DNA of 64,000 nucleotides from Clostridia bacterium (GCA_017415025.1 JAFQJH010000009.1:23570-87569); one strand, 5' to 3'; positions 25,132-35,345 are shown, numbered from the stretch's first letter. Numbers and translations: made by a program. Notes: a model not told the origin generated them from the letters alone.

Positions 25132-27198
25132 TTAATAAAGAAGACTGCTGTTTATATCCGTATCTGTTTCATCCTCCGAAAGCTCGGAAGAATCGTTTAC
25201 CTTATCTTCAAAATAATAGTTGTAGATATCGCAGGCAACGGGTGCACATCCGCCGCCCGAGGTTGCACCCTCAACGGCGACCGCAACTGCAAGCTCGGGG
25301 TCGTCATACGGTGCAAAAGAAATGTTAAAGCCGTTTGTATAAGTCTTTTTTGTGCCGTTAATAACCTTATCAACCTGCGAAGTACCTGTTTTGCAGGCAA
25401 CGGCAATATCGAGCAGACCGAAATTGTATTGGCACGAGCCGTTGGTAACAACAAGGCGCATACCCTCGTGAACGGTCTTGATATTTTTTTCTGAAAAGCC
25501 TGTCTCTACAACGACCTTCGGCTCTTTTTCGAGAAGTGTCATTGTGTTATCGGCTGTGAGGATTGATTTGATGAGGTGAGCCTCATATCTTGTACCGCCG
25601 TTTGCGATAGTTGCAACGTAATTGCAAAGCTGGAGCGGAGTGAAGAGGTTACCTGCCTGTCCGATAGCGGACTGAAGCGAGAAGCCGGGCATCCACGTCT
25701 GTCCGATAGACGTGCGGTAGCTCGGGGAGTCGAGAACACCTGTATTTTCGCTGATTTCAATGCCCGTCGGCTGACCGAGACCAAGCATTTCGCGGTACAT
25801 ATTCATCTTGTCAATGCCGAGCTGTTCACCGCCGTAAAAATAGAAGAAGGAGTTACAGGAGTCCTGCAAAGCGGTGCGGACGGTCAGAGTTCTGTTTGCG
25901 TGATTAATCTGGCAGACAAAGTTGTGTCCGCGGTAGGGATAGTTATAAGCACAGTATTTTGACGAAGAGCCGTCAATAATTCCCTCCTCAAGGCAGGCGA
26001 TAGAGGTCGAAACCTTCGCCGTCGAACCGGGCGCATAGGTGCTTAAGGTTGCGCGGTTGTAAAGGGGAGAGTTTGTATTTTTAGCAAGCTTGCTGTAATC
26101 GTCGTAGTAGGTTGAAAGGTCGTAGGACGGGTAGGATGCCATTGCAAGGATTTCACCCGTTTTGCAGTTCATAACAACAACTGCGCCGCCGCCCGAGTTA
26201 GCCGTGCCGACGGAATCGCACTTCGCCTTGAGCGCATCCTGAGCGATTTTCTGAAGCTTTGCATCTATTGTAAGAACAATGTTGTCACCGTTTTTAAGTC
26301 CCGTAACCTTCGTCTGCTGTGTGCCGTCCGTTGAGGTTGTAACGGTTTTTGTTCCGTTAGTGCCCTTGAGATTTTCTTCGAAAACCTTTTCAATACCGCT
26401 CTTGCCGAGGATATCGTCCATCGCATAGCCCTTCGCCTTGAGGGTTGCATATTCTTCGGCATTGATAACACCCGTTACACCGAGAATGTGAGGTGCAATC
26501 GTGCCGTCGGTATATTCGCGGTAGGTGACAATCTGAACGTCAACGCCCTTGTAGAAATTGCTGTTTTCTTTAATAACAGAAACAACCTCGTCGCTGACAT
26601 CCTGCGCAAAAACGTAGGGATTTGCGGTGTTGAATGCCGTCTGCTTCATATTACAGCAGACCGAAGCGATACGCAGAGTATCGTATTTTGAATAATTTTC
26701 GAGCTTATATTTCTCAACAATTTCCTGCATACAGTCGTCTGCCGTTGCGTACTTGTTGAGGTGGAGCATATCGCGCGACTTGAGCTTTGCGATGTCGGAT
26801 TCTCTGTCCTCGATGAACTGATAATTTCCGTTTGCATTCAGAGTGATGGGAAGCTCGTTTATCCATTCCTCCTCGGTTTTATCAAAAAGATTGATAAGCG
26901 AAAGTATGATTTCGTTGCGCTGCTCCTGATTGCTCAAGGAGGGGAATTTACCCGCATTGAAAATGATGTCATTACCCTGACGGTTGCCGACGAGCACATT
27001 GCCGTTGCGGTCGAGAATCTGACCTCTTGTAGCCTTCACGGTTGTTGTCGAGGTCGAAGCGGTGCTCGTAGCGGCATATTTATCGCCGTTTATGACCTGA
27101 ATATTAACTAGTCGGGCGCAAAAAACAAGAAAAAGGCAGACGAAGATTGATATAAGGGCAATAAATCTGCCTTTTTTCTCTTCTCTTGCCAGTCTCAT
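25132..27198 (-). CDS. mrdA: Penicillin-binding protein 2 (elongation transpeptidase)
   Basis: 688 aa with an N-terminal TM helix. SxxK (GSTAK), SxN (SCNSFF), KTG (CKTGTS). Sits downstream of mreD. Confidence 0.85.
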   Translation of the reverse strand: MRLAREEKKGRFIALISIFVCLFLVFCARLVNIQVINGDKYAATSTASTSTTTVKATRGQILDRNGNVLVGNRQGNDIIFNAGKFPSLSNQEQRNEIILSLINLFDKTEEEWINELPITLNANGNYQFIEDRESDIAKLKSRDMLHLNKYATADDCMQEIVEKYKLENYSKYDTLRIASVCCNMKQTAFNTANPYVFAQDVSDEVVSVIKENSNFYKGVDVQIVTYREYTDGTIAPHILGVTGVINAEEYATLKAKGYAMDDILGKSGIEKVFEENLKGTNGTKTVTTSTDGTQQTKVTGLKNGDNIVLTIDAKLQKIAQDALKAKCDSVGTANSGGGAVVVMNCKTGEILAMASYPSYDLSTYYDDYSKLAKNTNSPLYNRATLSTYAPGSTAKVSTSIACLEEGIIDGSSSKYCAYNYPYRGHNFVCQINHANRTLTVRTALQDSCNSFFYFYGGEQLGIDKMNMYREMLGLGQPTGIEISENTGVLDSPSYRTSIGQTWMPGFSLQSAIGQAGNLFTPLQLCNYVATIANGGTRYEAHLIKSILTADNTMTLLEKEPKVVVETGFSEKNIKTVHEGMRLVVTNGSCQYNFGLLDIAVACKTGTSQVDKVINGTKKTYTNGFNISFAPYDDPELAVAVAVEGATSGGGCAPVACDIYNYYFEDKVNDSSELSEDETDTDINSSLLY

Positions 27199-27210
27199 TT
27201 TGTATACTCC

Positions 27211-27738
27211 TTAGTTTTCTTTAAATTCTTTAAAAATTGCACGGACGATGATGTAATAAACGGGTGTCATCAGCACCGTGAAGATTGCCGAAGCAAGATA
27301 GTATCGCAGAAAGAAAATAAAATGATTTTCTATCGGGTCAAATGCGCTGTAAACGACAAAGGAAAGTGTCGAATAAAAAACCGAAGCCACGGCTGTCATA
27401 ATTGTGGCACAAAGCAGGTTGTTACGCATAAGATAGGTAATCAGTGCGCCCGCGGTAAAGCCTATAACTGTAAAAAAAAGCGAATTGAAAACAACGGACT
27501 GCGAGCTGAAGGAATCAAGCATAACGCCCGACAGCAGACCAAAGAAAATTCCTGCAAATTCACGCTCAAACATCGCAATACATATTGTCAACGGAATGAG
27601 GAGAATTGCCTTTATTCCGAAGGGTGAGGGGAAAAGACCGCCCGTATTCTGAAAAACAAAAGTAAGAACGGCAAGCGCAATAAGGACAGCACGCCGCTCA
27701 ACCGTTTTTTTACCGCCGAGTTTGCCGATGTAATCCAT
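27211..27738 (-). CDS. mreD: Rod shape-determining protein MreD
   Basis: 175 aa polytopic membrane protein following mreC. Confidence 0.8.
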   Translation of the reverse strand: MDYIGKLGGKKTVERRAVLIALAVLTFVFQNTGGLFPSPFGIKAILLIPLTICIAMFEREFAGIFFGLLSGVMLDSFSSQSVVFNSLFFTVIGFTAGALITYLMRNNLLCATIMTAVASVFYSTLSFVVYSAFDPIENHFIFFLRYYLASAIFTVLMTPVYYIIVRAIFKEFKEN

Positions 27739-27777
27739 AATTACAGCCGTTCTCCTTCCCTGAATTTTATTGAAAGC

Positions 27778-28638
27778 TTAATCAGTATTAACGGTAACAA
27801 CTCCCTGTCCGTCAAAGCTCTTGATGATGAAAACTTCTGAAAGCTCGGCAAAGTTGACAGCCGAACGGATTGTCGCAAAGGAGGAAATTCCGTCCTTTGC
27901 ATCGTCAACCTCAACAACAGTTCCGACGATGAGGTCCTTGGGATAAATTCCGCCGCTGCCCGAGGTTGCAAGAATTCCGTTGGGGGAGATTGCCGTTTCA
28001 GCCGTAAGACCGGGGAGCTTGCAGTAGACTCTGTCCTCTGCGTTGCCCGTGCCCGTTGTATAGCCGACCTCGCCCGTGTAGGTTTCGTAAACGCTGACGT
28101 TCACGTTCGGATTTGCGATTGTGCTCACCGTGCACGAAGCAGGGGAGACGGAGGTGACAACTCCGACAAGATTTGTACCGTAAATTACGGGGTCGTTGAC
28201 CTGAATATCGTCAAGCGAGCCTTTGCTGAGTGTAAATGATTCATAAGGGTCGGTTGAATCCCTTGAAATAATGGTTGCGCTTTCAAAAATAAAGTCGGGA
28301 TTCTCTTCCTTAACACCGAGGAAATCCTCGTAGGTTTCGAGCTTCTTTTTCGCTTCGTTGTAGCCGATGATTTCCTTCTGATACTGTTCAATCTGTGATT
28401 TCAGCTCCTTGTTCTCCTTTTCAAGAGTAGCCGCGGACTGAAAATTATCGTTAAAATTCGAGAGCTTGTAGCTCAGATAAGCGGAGACACGCTGAAGCGG
28501 ATATAACGCCGTGCTTGTTGCCGATGAAAGGGGAGTATTGTTGCTGTGGGAAAGGGCGGCAATTACCGCACCGAGAATTATCGCAATGATGACACAAACA
28601 AATGCCTTCAACGCTCTGCTTTGTAAAAATCTGCGCAT
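27778..28638 (-). CDS. mreC: Rod shape-determining protein MreC
   Basis: 286 aa with an N-terminal TM helix, a coiled coil (LEKENKELKSQIEQYQ) and a beta-rich C-terminal domain. Confidence 0.9.
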   Translation of the reverse strand: MRRFLQSRALKAFVCVIIAIILGAVIAALSHSNNTPLSSATSTALYPLQRVSAYLSYKLSNFNDNFQSAATLEKENKELKSQIEQYQKEIIGYNEAKKKLETYEDFLGVKEENPDFIFESATIISRDSTDPYESFTLSKGSLDDIQVNDPVIYGTNLVGVVTSVSPASCTVSTIANPNVNVSVYETYTGEVGYTTGTGNAEDRVYCKLPGLTAETAISPNGILATSGSGGIYPKDLIVGTVVEVDDAKDGISSFATIRSAVNFAELSEVFIIKSFDGQGVVTVNTD

Positions 28639-28741
28639 ATCGCTTCACCTCCATAGCTTTGCAGTGATATATTTTTCTTTGGAAAATGTTTCGGGGCTGC
28701 GCCGCTGATTATAAAAATTTTTCCGTAAAAATTTCTTTAAA

Positions 28742-29728
28742 TTAATGATGCTTTTCAAGGCAGATGCCCGTTCCCTCAACAACGCAGTCGAGCGGATTGT
28801 CGGATATTGTAACGGGAATCTTTACTTCTTTTTCGATAAGCTTGTCGAGTCCGCGGAGGAGTGCACCGCCGCCCGTGAGAGTGATACCGCCGTCAATGAT
28901 GTCGGCTGAAAGCTCGGGAGGAGTATTTTCAAGCGTTGTGCGGATTGCGTCGAGCACCTGGCTGATGCTGTCCTTGAGTGCCTCGCGGATTTCGTCAGCG
29001 GAAACCTCAACGTCCTTCGGAAGTCCGTCAACAAGGTTCCTGCCTTTAACGTTCATTGCGCCCTCGCCCTCGTAGGGGAAGGCTGAACCAATCTGAATTT
29101 TAATATCCTCTGCGGTTCTTTCACCGATGAGGAGACTGTACTTCTTTCTTATGTAATTGATGATTGCCTCGTCGTAGCTGTCGCCTGCAACCTTAACGGA
29201 ACGCGAGGTTACAATATCGCCGAGTGCAACAACGGCAACCTCGGCTGTACCGCCGCCGATGTCAACAATCATTGAGCCCTTTGCCGCCTCAACGGGGAGT
29301 CCTGCACCGATAGCAGCCGCCATAGGCTGTTCGATAAGGCTGACGTATCTTGCGCCCGCGCTCTTTGCGGCATCGTTTACGGCTCTGCGCTCAACCTCGG
29401 TAACGCCAGACGGAACGCATATCATAACGCGTGTCTTGCTGAAGGGAGAAGCGGTGATTGCCTTGCGGATGAATTTGCGCAGCATTTCTGCTGTTGCATC
29501 AAAGTCAGCAATAACACCGTTGCGAAGCGGACGGACAGCACCGATTGAACCGGGAGTTCTGCCGATCATATCCTTCGCTTCCGAGCCTACTGCAACAACA
29601 CGCACGGGATTATATCTCTGGTCAACGGCAACAACCGAAGGCTCGCGGATGATAATACCCTTACCCTTGACAAAAACGAGGGTATTGGCTGTGCCCAAAT
29701 CTATACCGATGTCCTGTGAAAACAACAT
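28742..29728 (-). CDS. mreB: Rod shape-determining protein MreB
   Basis: 328 aa. DIGIDLGTANTLV actin-fold phosphate-1 motif and IVDIGGGT. Confidence 0.95.
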   Translation of the reverse strand: MLFSQDIGIDLGTANTLVFVKGKGIIIREPSVVAVDQRYNPVRVVAVGSEAKDMIGRTPGSIGAVRPLRNGVIADFDATAEMLRKFIRKAITASPFSKTRVMICVPSGVTEVERRAVNDAAKSAGARYVSLIEQPMAAAIGAGLPVEAAKGSMIVDIGGGTAEVAVVALGDIVTSRSVKVAGDSYDEAIINYIRKKYSLLIGERTAEDIKIQIGSAFPYEGEGAMNVKGRNLVDGLPKDVEVSADEIREALKDSISQVLDAIRTTLENTPPELSADIIDGGITLTGGGALLRGLDKLIEKEVKIPVTISDNPLDCVVEGTGICLEKHH

Positions 29729-29747
29729 ATCAATTTCTCCCTAATAT

Positions 29748-30482
29748 TTATTCTGCAGAAGTGTCTGTGCTTGCCTCGGTGGACGGAACGGTAGGTCTTA
29801 CGCCGCCGAGGTCCTTAAGTACGTAGGCTTTTTCGATAACTTCCTTGAGCTCGTCTTCCGTAAAGCATCTGTCGTTTGCATAAGCCTCAATTTCGAAGGC
29901 AGCAAGTCCGCGCTCAACGAGGTAATAGTAGAAGGTGCCGCCCTCGCCGTCAGTGCGGTAAGAAATTGCTCTTGCGGGAAGACCGAAGATTTCTGTTTCA
30001 TATTCCTTAAGGTCGCCGAAGTTGAACTGACTTTCAACAAGCCAGCGTACGGGGCCAAGATATTTTTCGTAAAGATCGTCACTTGTTGCCATAACGTCCC
30101 ACTTGATTTCAACCTGACAGCGCGGCTCCTGCATATCAAGACATTCGCCGTTATGCTGGATGGAAAGCTTGTTGTTGGCACTGAAGTTAGACCATCCGCG
30201 GGGAATCTTGAGCTTTATGAAGGAGTTTTCGATTTTGTTACCGCTTTTATTGGTAACTCTGTCGGGGAAAATGAAGCCCTTTGTCTGCTCCTCACCGCGG
30301 GAATTTGTAACAACCTCGAAAAGTCCGCCGTATTCGTCCTGAACAAATTCGCCGTGCTTGTCCGTGAGAATAACGTGCTTTTCGCCGTTTTCATCATAGA
30401 TAACATTTTTCTTACTGCAAGCAGTAAAGGTTATTGAAAGAACGATAATTAAAGCAGAAATAACAGCAATAGATTTTTTCAC
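29748..30482 (-). CDS. Putative lipoprotein, unknown function
   Basis: 244 aa with a lipobox-like signal LSITFTAC. Confidence 0.6.
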   Translation of the reverse strand: MKKSIAVISALIIVLSITFTACSKKNVIYDENGEKHVILTDKHGEFVQDEYGGLFEVVTNSRGEEQTKGFIFPDRVTNKSGNKIENSFIKLKIPRGWSNFSANNKLSIQHNGECLDMQEPRCQVEIKWDVMATSDDLYEKYLGPVRWLVESQFNFGDLKEYETEIFGLPARAISYRTDGEGGTFYYYLVERGLAAFEIEAYANDRCFTEDELKEVIEKAYVLKDLGGVRPTVPSTEASTDTSAE

Positions 30483-30579
30483 AAAAAACGCCTACTTTAC
30501 AATTTTATTCAGTTTAATAGTATATCATTACACAGTCAAAAAGTCAATGCACAAACAGCCATTTATGGCGGAAATATAG

Positions 30580-30608
30580 TTGACAATAAAGGCGGTTTTT
30601 GGTAGAAT
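30580..30608 (+). promoter_or_regulatory. Promoter for tRNA-Arg
   Basis: TTGACA, 17 nt spacer, TAGAAT. Confidence 0.5.
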
Positions 30609-30671
30609 GTTAACGCTCAAATTGCTGTAACGGTTTTTGGGTTACCCGTTCTGAAACAAATGTGAATAAAT

Positions 30672-30748
30672 GTCTTCGTAGCTCAGATGGATAGAGCGTT
30701 CGCCTCCTAAGCGAAAGGCCGTGGGTTCGACTCCCGCCGAGGACGCCA
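30672..30748 (+). tRNA. tRNA-Arg (anticodon CCT)
   Basis: Hand-folded cloverleaf. Acceptor GTCTTCG/CGAGGAC, anticodon stem TTCGC/GCGAA with loop CTCCTAA, T-arm GTGGGTTCGACTCCCGC, encoded CCA. Confidence 0.9.
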
Positions 30749-30750
30749 GA

Positions 30751-30787
30751 AAACGACAGACTTATTCCAAAGTTTGTCGTTTTTTAT
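30751..30787 (+). terminator. Intrinsic terminator after tRNA-Arg
   Basis: AACGACAGAC/GTTTGTCGTT hairpin followed by a T-run. Confidence 0.7.
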
Positions 30788-30869
30788 TTCCTAAAATACA
30801 TCTATACCCTTCTTTCATTTGACAAACTCTCTTTTTTGCTCTAAAATTCTTTTTAAGGAGGAATGAAAA

Positions 30870-32540
30870 ATGAAAAAAGTTAAAATTTTGCCGTACATTA
30901 TCGGTGCAGTTACGGCAATCGTCTTTGCGGGCTTGTGCTTGTATATTTTCTGTCCCGCTTTCAATGTGCATAATCCCGCGCTCTGGATTATCGGTGCACT
31001 TGCGCTGTTTGTGTTCACCATTGTTGAGCGTCTTTTAAAGGGCGAAAGGGATTTCGGCAGAGTGAACATCAGCAAGAAAAAGGGAAACGGAAAAAAATAT
31101 TCAAAATTTAAGTTTGATGTCAAGTATTACGCTGTCCCGATAGCCTTGCTTGCGCTGGTTGCTTTAATCGGTGTTTTCAGCAGCTCTGTATTTAATGCAA
31201 CGAGGTATTCAAAAATTCTTACAGTATCAGAATCCGATTTTTCAACTGACCTGTCCGAATCGGTCGGAACGGATTCCATTGCACTTATGGACACCGCTTC
31301 CGCACAGATGCTCGGCGACCGTGAAATCGGTGCGCTTTCCGATGTTGTCAGCCAGTTCAACGTTTCTTACGAATACATACAGATTGATTACAACGGAAAG
31401 CCGATTAAGGTTTCAGCATTGGAGTATGCAGGCTTTTTTAAATGGATGAACAATAAAAATAACGGTGTTAAAGGTTATGTTACCGTTGACCCTGTTTCGA
31501 TGTCCGCTTCGTTTAAGGAATGCGAAGGAATGAGGTTTGTTCCGTCTGCGTTTTTCTCGGAGAATGCGAGAAGATATATGTGGATGAAATATCCGACCCT
31601 GATGCTCGAAAATCTGCATTTTGAAATTGACGAAAACGGAAAGCCGTATTATGTTGCTTCGATTATTGAAAAAACAGTTGCACTTTTCGGAGGAAAAACT
31701 GTCAGCGGTTGCATTGTTCTTGACCCCGTAACGGGCGAAACGGTTAAATATGACCTGGAGGACATTCCGCAATGGGTTGATGTTGTTTTCAGCGGCGACC
31801 TTATCTGTCAGCAGTATAATTGGCATGGAATGTATCAGAACGGTTTTATGAACAGCCTCTTTGCTAAAAAGGGTTGCAAGCAGGTTACTACTTATACATC
31901 TGACGAAGATACCTTTGACGAAACTCCCGTTTCGGACTTCGGCTATGTTGCAAAGGACGGAGACATCTGGATTTACACAGGTGTTACGTCCGTCAACGGC
32001 GACAGCTCGAACATCGGCTTCCTTCTTGCAAACGAAAGAACAGGCGAAAGCCGTTACTATTCAGTTGCGGGTGCGGATGAAAAATCTGCAATGGCGGCCG
32101 CCGAGGGCGAGGTGCAGGAAAAGGGATATCAGGCATCCTTCCCGTCACTTATCAATATCGAGGGTAACCCGACATACATAATGGTTCTCAAGGATTCTGG
32201 CGGACTCGTCAAGCTTTATGCCGCGGTAAATGTTGAGCAGTATAATATCGTAACCACGTCGGCAACGCAGGCGGATTGTATTGAAAAATACAAGTCCATT
32301 CTTGGCATAGAAACGCAGGATGTTACAGACGATACAAAAGAAATTACTGTAACAATTTCTTCTGTGAAATATATTGATATTGACGGTAATACTTACATTT
32401 ATCTGATTGATACCGAGAATAATATTTACAAAGCAAAGGCGGCGGAACACGAAGAAATGCTCCTGCTCAAGGACGGAGACAGGGTGAAGCTCTCCTGTGC
32501 AGGTACAAAGATTGTTTCGTGTGAAAAAGCAGAGAAATAA
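30870..32540 (+). CDS. Conserved membrane-anchored protein, unknown function
   Basis: 556 aa with three N-terminal TM helices and a large extracytoplasmic domain. Good RBS (AAGGAGGAATG...). Confidence 0.65.
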   Translation: MKKVKILPYIIGAVTAIVFAGLCLYIFCPAFNVHNPALWIIGALALFVFTIVERLLKGERDFGRVNISKKKGNGKKYSKFKFDVKYYAVPIALLALVALIGVFSSSVFNATRYSKILTVSESDFSTDLSESVGTDSIALMDTASAQMLGDREIGALSDVVSQFNVSYEYIQIDYNGKPIKVSALEYAGFFKWMNNKNNGVKGYVTVDPVSMSASFKECEGMRFVPSAFFSENARRYMWMKYPTLMLENLHFEIDENGKPYYVASIIEKTVALFGGKTVSGCIVLDPVTGETVKYDLEDIPQWVDVVFSGDLICQQYNWHGMYQNGFMNSLFAKKGCKQVTTYTSDEDTFDETPVSDFGYVAKDGDIWIYTGVTSVNGDSSNIGFLLANERTGESRYYSVAGADEKSAMAAAEGEVQEKGYQASFPSLINIEGNPTYIMVLKDSGGLVKLYAAVNVEQYNIVTTSATQADCIEKYKSILGIETQDVTDDTKEITVTISSVKYIDIDGNTYIYLIDTENNIYKAKAAEHEEMLLLKDGDRVKLSCAGTKIVSCEKAEK

Positions 32541-32572
32541 AAAAATGGGTTGCAACAACCCGAGGTGATTCT

Positions 32573-33310
32573 ATGAAATTTATGTCCTTTAACATTCAGC
32601 ACGCGACGGACTACATCCGTCAGGTGATTGATCTTGATTATTTTGCAAAGGAGATTAAGCGTCTTAATCCCGACTTTCTCGGTCTTAACGAGGTTATGAA
32701 CGAGGGCGACGATGAGGAATATACCGATCAGGTCGGATTTTTTTGTAAAAAGCTCGGCTGGAACGGATTTTTCGGTCTCGGCGATTTGATTGACGGAAAC
32801 AACCCCTTCGGCAACGCAATTCTTACAAAATATCCGATACTTGAGGTTGAGAATTTCCCCATTCCCGACCCCGAGGATAAGAGCGAGCCTGCATATTACG
32901 AATCTCGTTGCGTTATCCGTGCGACGGTTGATGTTGACGGCGTTGAGGTGTGCTGGCTTGTGTGCCACATGGGGCTTGCAAAGCTCGAAAGGGTGAATGC
33001 GGTTGAGCTTATCACTCTTCTTATCGACTCGACGGACAAGCCGATTATCCTTATGGGCGATTTCAACGTTGAGCCCGACGATGCCGTGCTTGACCCCATT
33101 CGCGAGAGGCTTATTGATACAGCCGACCTCTTTGAGGGAGCAAGGGAGTGTACCTACCCGTCGGACAAGCCGTTCAAGAAGATTGACTATATCTTTTTCC
33201 GCGGTCTCGAATGTACGGGCGCGGAAACCCTGCACGACGTTATCGCGGACCACTTGCCCGTTGTCGCAAACTTTGAGGCACTTGAGCAGCCTAAACTGCA
33301 CATAATCTGA
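32573..33310 (+). CDS. Endonuclease/exonuclease/phosphatase (EEP) family protein
   Basis: SFNIQH, LGLNEV, GNAILTKYP, MGDFNVEPDD and DHLPVVANF motifs. Confidence 0.85.
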   Translation: MKFMSFNIQHATDYIRQVIDLDYFAKEIKRLNPDFLGLNEVMNEGDDEEYTDQVGFFCKKLGWNGFFGLGDLIDGNNPFGNAILTKYPILEVENFPIPDPEDKSEPAYYESRCVIRATVDVDGVEVCWLVCHMGLAKLERVNAVELITLLIDSTDKPIILMGDFNVEPDDAVLDPIRERLIDTADLFEGARECTYPSDKPFKKIDYIFFRGLECTGAETLHDVIADHLPVVANFEALEQPKLHII

Positions 33311-33382
33311 CGTTTGTGTTCTTCTTTTTTCTCCCGTGCGGCTTTATAATGAGCTTGTAAAAAACATTCGGGAGGAAAAAAT

Positions 33383-33733
33383 ATGAACACAGATAAGATT
33401 TTGGCAGAGGCAATCGCAAAGGAATATGCACCTAAGGATAATTCAAAAATAGTTGCGCTCAAAAAGCTTGATAATAAGGCAAAGCTTCCTGCAACTGTTT
33501 TTACCTACACCTTCGGCATCGTAGCCTGCCTTGTTGCAGGACTCGGAATGTGCCTTGCAATGCAGGTTATCGGCACGGGAACGGCTATGATGGCTCTAGG
33601 TATAGTTATCGGAATTATCGGCTTTGCAGGTTGCGGAATCAATTATCCGATTTACAAAAAGCTTCTTGAAAAGGGAAAAGCAAAGTACGCTTTTGAAATT
33701 GTTGAGCTTGCGCGTCAGATAAGTGAGCAATAA
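33383..33733 (+). CDS. Small membrane protein
   Basis: 116 aa with two TM helices and RBS GGGAGGA. Immediately upstream of a TetR gene. Confidence 0.55.
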   Translation: MNTDKILAEAIAKEYAPKDNSKIVALKKLDNKAKLPATVFTYTFGIVACLVAGLGMCLAMQVIGTGTAMMALGIVIGIIGFAGCGINYPIYKKLLEKGKAKYAFEIVELARQISEQ

Positions 33734-33738
33734 AAGAG

Positions 33739-34359
33739 GTGGTTGGCTTGACCAAGTCAGAAAGCAAATATTTCAACACAGCGCAGAAAATGGATAATGC
33801 GCTGCTTGAATTGCTTGAAAAAAAGGATTTTGAATATATTACCATTAAGGAAATCTGTAAAAAAGCAGACGTGAGCCGCTCAACGTTTTATCTTCATTAT
33901 CAGAACACAAGAGATCTGCTGGACGAAACGGCGAGATATATTCTTGACGGATTTATGGATTATTTTACCGATGAAAAAAAGCTTATTACAGGCGGATTTT
34001 CTGACTGTTCGCTGTCAGAGCTTAATTTTATGACAGAAAAATATCTGATGCCGTTCTTACAATATTTCAGAGAAAATAAAAGACTTTTCAAAACGATGAT
34101 GTCAAACTCGGTTTCGTTCGATTTCAACGGCATTTATGAGCGTTTGTTCAAATATGTATTTAATCCCGTTCTTTCAAGATTTGATTTTCCCGAAAAGGAA
34201 AGGCATTACGTAATGAGATTTTACCTGTCGGGAATATTCGCGGTTATTATGCAGTGGGTTGAAGAAAATTGCGAAAAGTCCGATGAAGATATTGCAGGGA
34301 TTATTACCACCTGCGTTTTAGGCAAAAACAAGGAACTGAAAAAACTGATTGACCGGTAA
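33739..34359 (+). CDS. TetR/AcrR-family transcriptional regulator
   Basis: HTH ITIKEICKKADVSRSTFYLHYQNTRDLL. The exact start (GTG/TTG cluster at 33739-33757) is uncertain. Confidence 0.8.
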   Translation: MVGLTKSESKYFNTAQKMDNALLELLEKKDFEYITIKEICKKADVSRSTFYLHYQNTRDLLDETARYILDGFMDYFTDEKKLITGGFSDCSLSELNFMTEKYLMPFLQYFRENKRLFKTMMSNSVSFDFNGIYERLFKYVFNPVLSRFDFPEKERHYVMRFYLSGIFAVIMQWVEENCEKSDEDIAGIITTCVLGKNKELKKLIDR

Positions 34360-34433
34360 ATGAAAAGAGAAGCAAAGAGTTATTTCTTGCTTCTCTTTTG
34401 AAGTTTTGTCGGACAAAAATCAGAGGGTTTTGC

Positions 34434-34461
34434 TTGACATTTGGCGGTTATGTGATATAAT
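34434..34461 (+). promoter_or_regulatory. Near-consensus promoter upstream of tRNA-Leu
   Basis: TTGACA, 16 nt spacer, TGATATAAT (extended -10). It lies about 90 nt upstream of the mature tRNA 5' end. Confidence 0.55.
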
Positions 34462-34552
34462 CACATTGTGGATCAAGCCGAAAGTAAGTTTGTAACTGAA
34501 AGTAAGCTCCGCCTCGGTTACCCCGCCGTGTAAAAATTGAGGGTTTTTTCTT

Positions 34553-34639
34553 GCAGAAGTGGCGGAATCGGCAGACGCGCTAGATTCAGGTTCTAGTGAA
34601 TGCAAATTCGTGAGGGTTCAAGTCCCTTCTTCTGCACCA
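34553..34639 (+). tRNA. tRNA-Leu (anticodon CAG)
   Basis: Type II tRNA with a long variable arm. Anticodon stem CTAGA/TCTAG with loop TTCAGGT. T-arm GAGGGTTCAAGTCCCTT. Encoded CCA. Confidence 0.9.
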
Positions 34640-34642
34640 AAG

Positions 34643-34678
34643 ACATCTTGACGCCGTCAGGCGTTGAGATGTTTTTTT
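34643..34678 (+). terminator. Intrinsic terminator after tRNA-Leu
   Basis: ACATCTTGACGCC/GGCGTTGAGATGT hairpin followed by a T7 run. Confidence 0.75.
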
Positions 34679-34704
34679 GTTTGGGACTTGAATCCTAAAT
34701 TGTT

Positions 34705-35265
34705 GGTTTGCGCGCGTTTCTGAAAAGGCGGCAGCAAGCCACCGCCCTACCGCACAATTAAAATTTAGTCAGTAGGGGCAGATATCATCTGCCCGCGGAT
34801 TTTGATGTAATTCTTCGGGAGCATACTATGCTCCCCTACGAACATAACTGTATTAAGGCGCGTAGGGCGTGGGTCTTGAGACACGCCGTTAGTTGGTTTA
34901 AAAATCTTCGGCACGTCGGTAAGCGCCGTGCCCTACAAAACAATTTTTAATCTGCTCGATAAATTGGGGTTTGTCGGTATGTTTGGTATAATTAAATTTA
35001 CGCACAATCATAATCGCCCCTGAAAGGGGAGATGTCTGCGGAGCAGACAGAGGGGTTGCCCACAGGGCAATTTTTCTTATAATATCAAATTTCCCTCGTT
35101 GCTTCGCAACGAACCCCTCAGTCACGGCTACGCCGTGCCAGCTTTTTCTCCGAAAACTGGCACCCTTTTGTCTGCTTCGCAGACATTTCCCCTAACAGGG
35201 GAATCCCCTTTCAGGGGCGCCATTGTTCTACTGATTTTTTATTTCTTCACGACAAATTAAATTTT
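34705..35265 (+). repeat. Mosaic intergenic repeat, copy B
   Basis: Has the same GTAG-headed units as copy A (for example GTAGGGGCAGATATCATCTGCCC ... GGGAGCATACTATGCTCCCCTAC). The central module is different (CCCCTGAAAGGGG, GTCTGCGGAGCAGAC, TTGCCCACAGGGCAA). The 3' module CCCCTTTCAGGGGCGCCATTGTTCTACTGA is shared with copy A. Confidence 0.9.
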
Positions 35266-35310
35266 GAGGGTTAATACCGAGGCTTTGTTGTGGTCTTTTT
35301 TATAAAACTA

Positions 35311-35340
35311 TTGAAAATTTGCAGGCGGTTGTGATATACT
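35311..35340 (+). promoter_or_regulatory. Promoter of candidate structured RNA
   Basis: TTGAAA, 18 nt spacer, TGATATACT (extended -10). Confidence 0.45.
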
Positions 35341-35345
35341 AATTG

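Noticed and set aside
32426-33301. 291-aa ORF antisense to the EEP-family gene
   Set aside because: The plus-strand gene 32573..33310 has the full set of EEP catalytic motifs and a good RBS. The antisense frame has no motif and an odd composition, so it is a shadow ORF.
34898-35125. 75-aa ORF in repeat copy B. The same applies to 37749..38000(-) and 37755..38063(+) in copy C, and to 56645..56953(-) and most of 57091..57354(+) in copy D.
   Set aside because: The reasoning is the same. These are translations of palindromic repeat modules (recurrent ...FVGHGA.RRAEDF and MPKIFKPT... peptides) and not genes.
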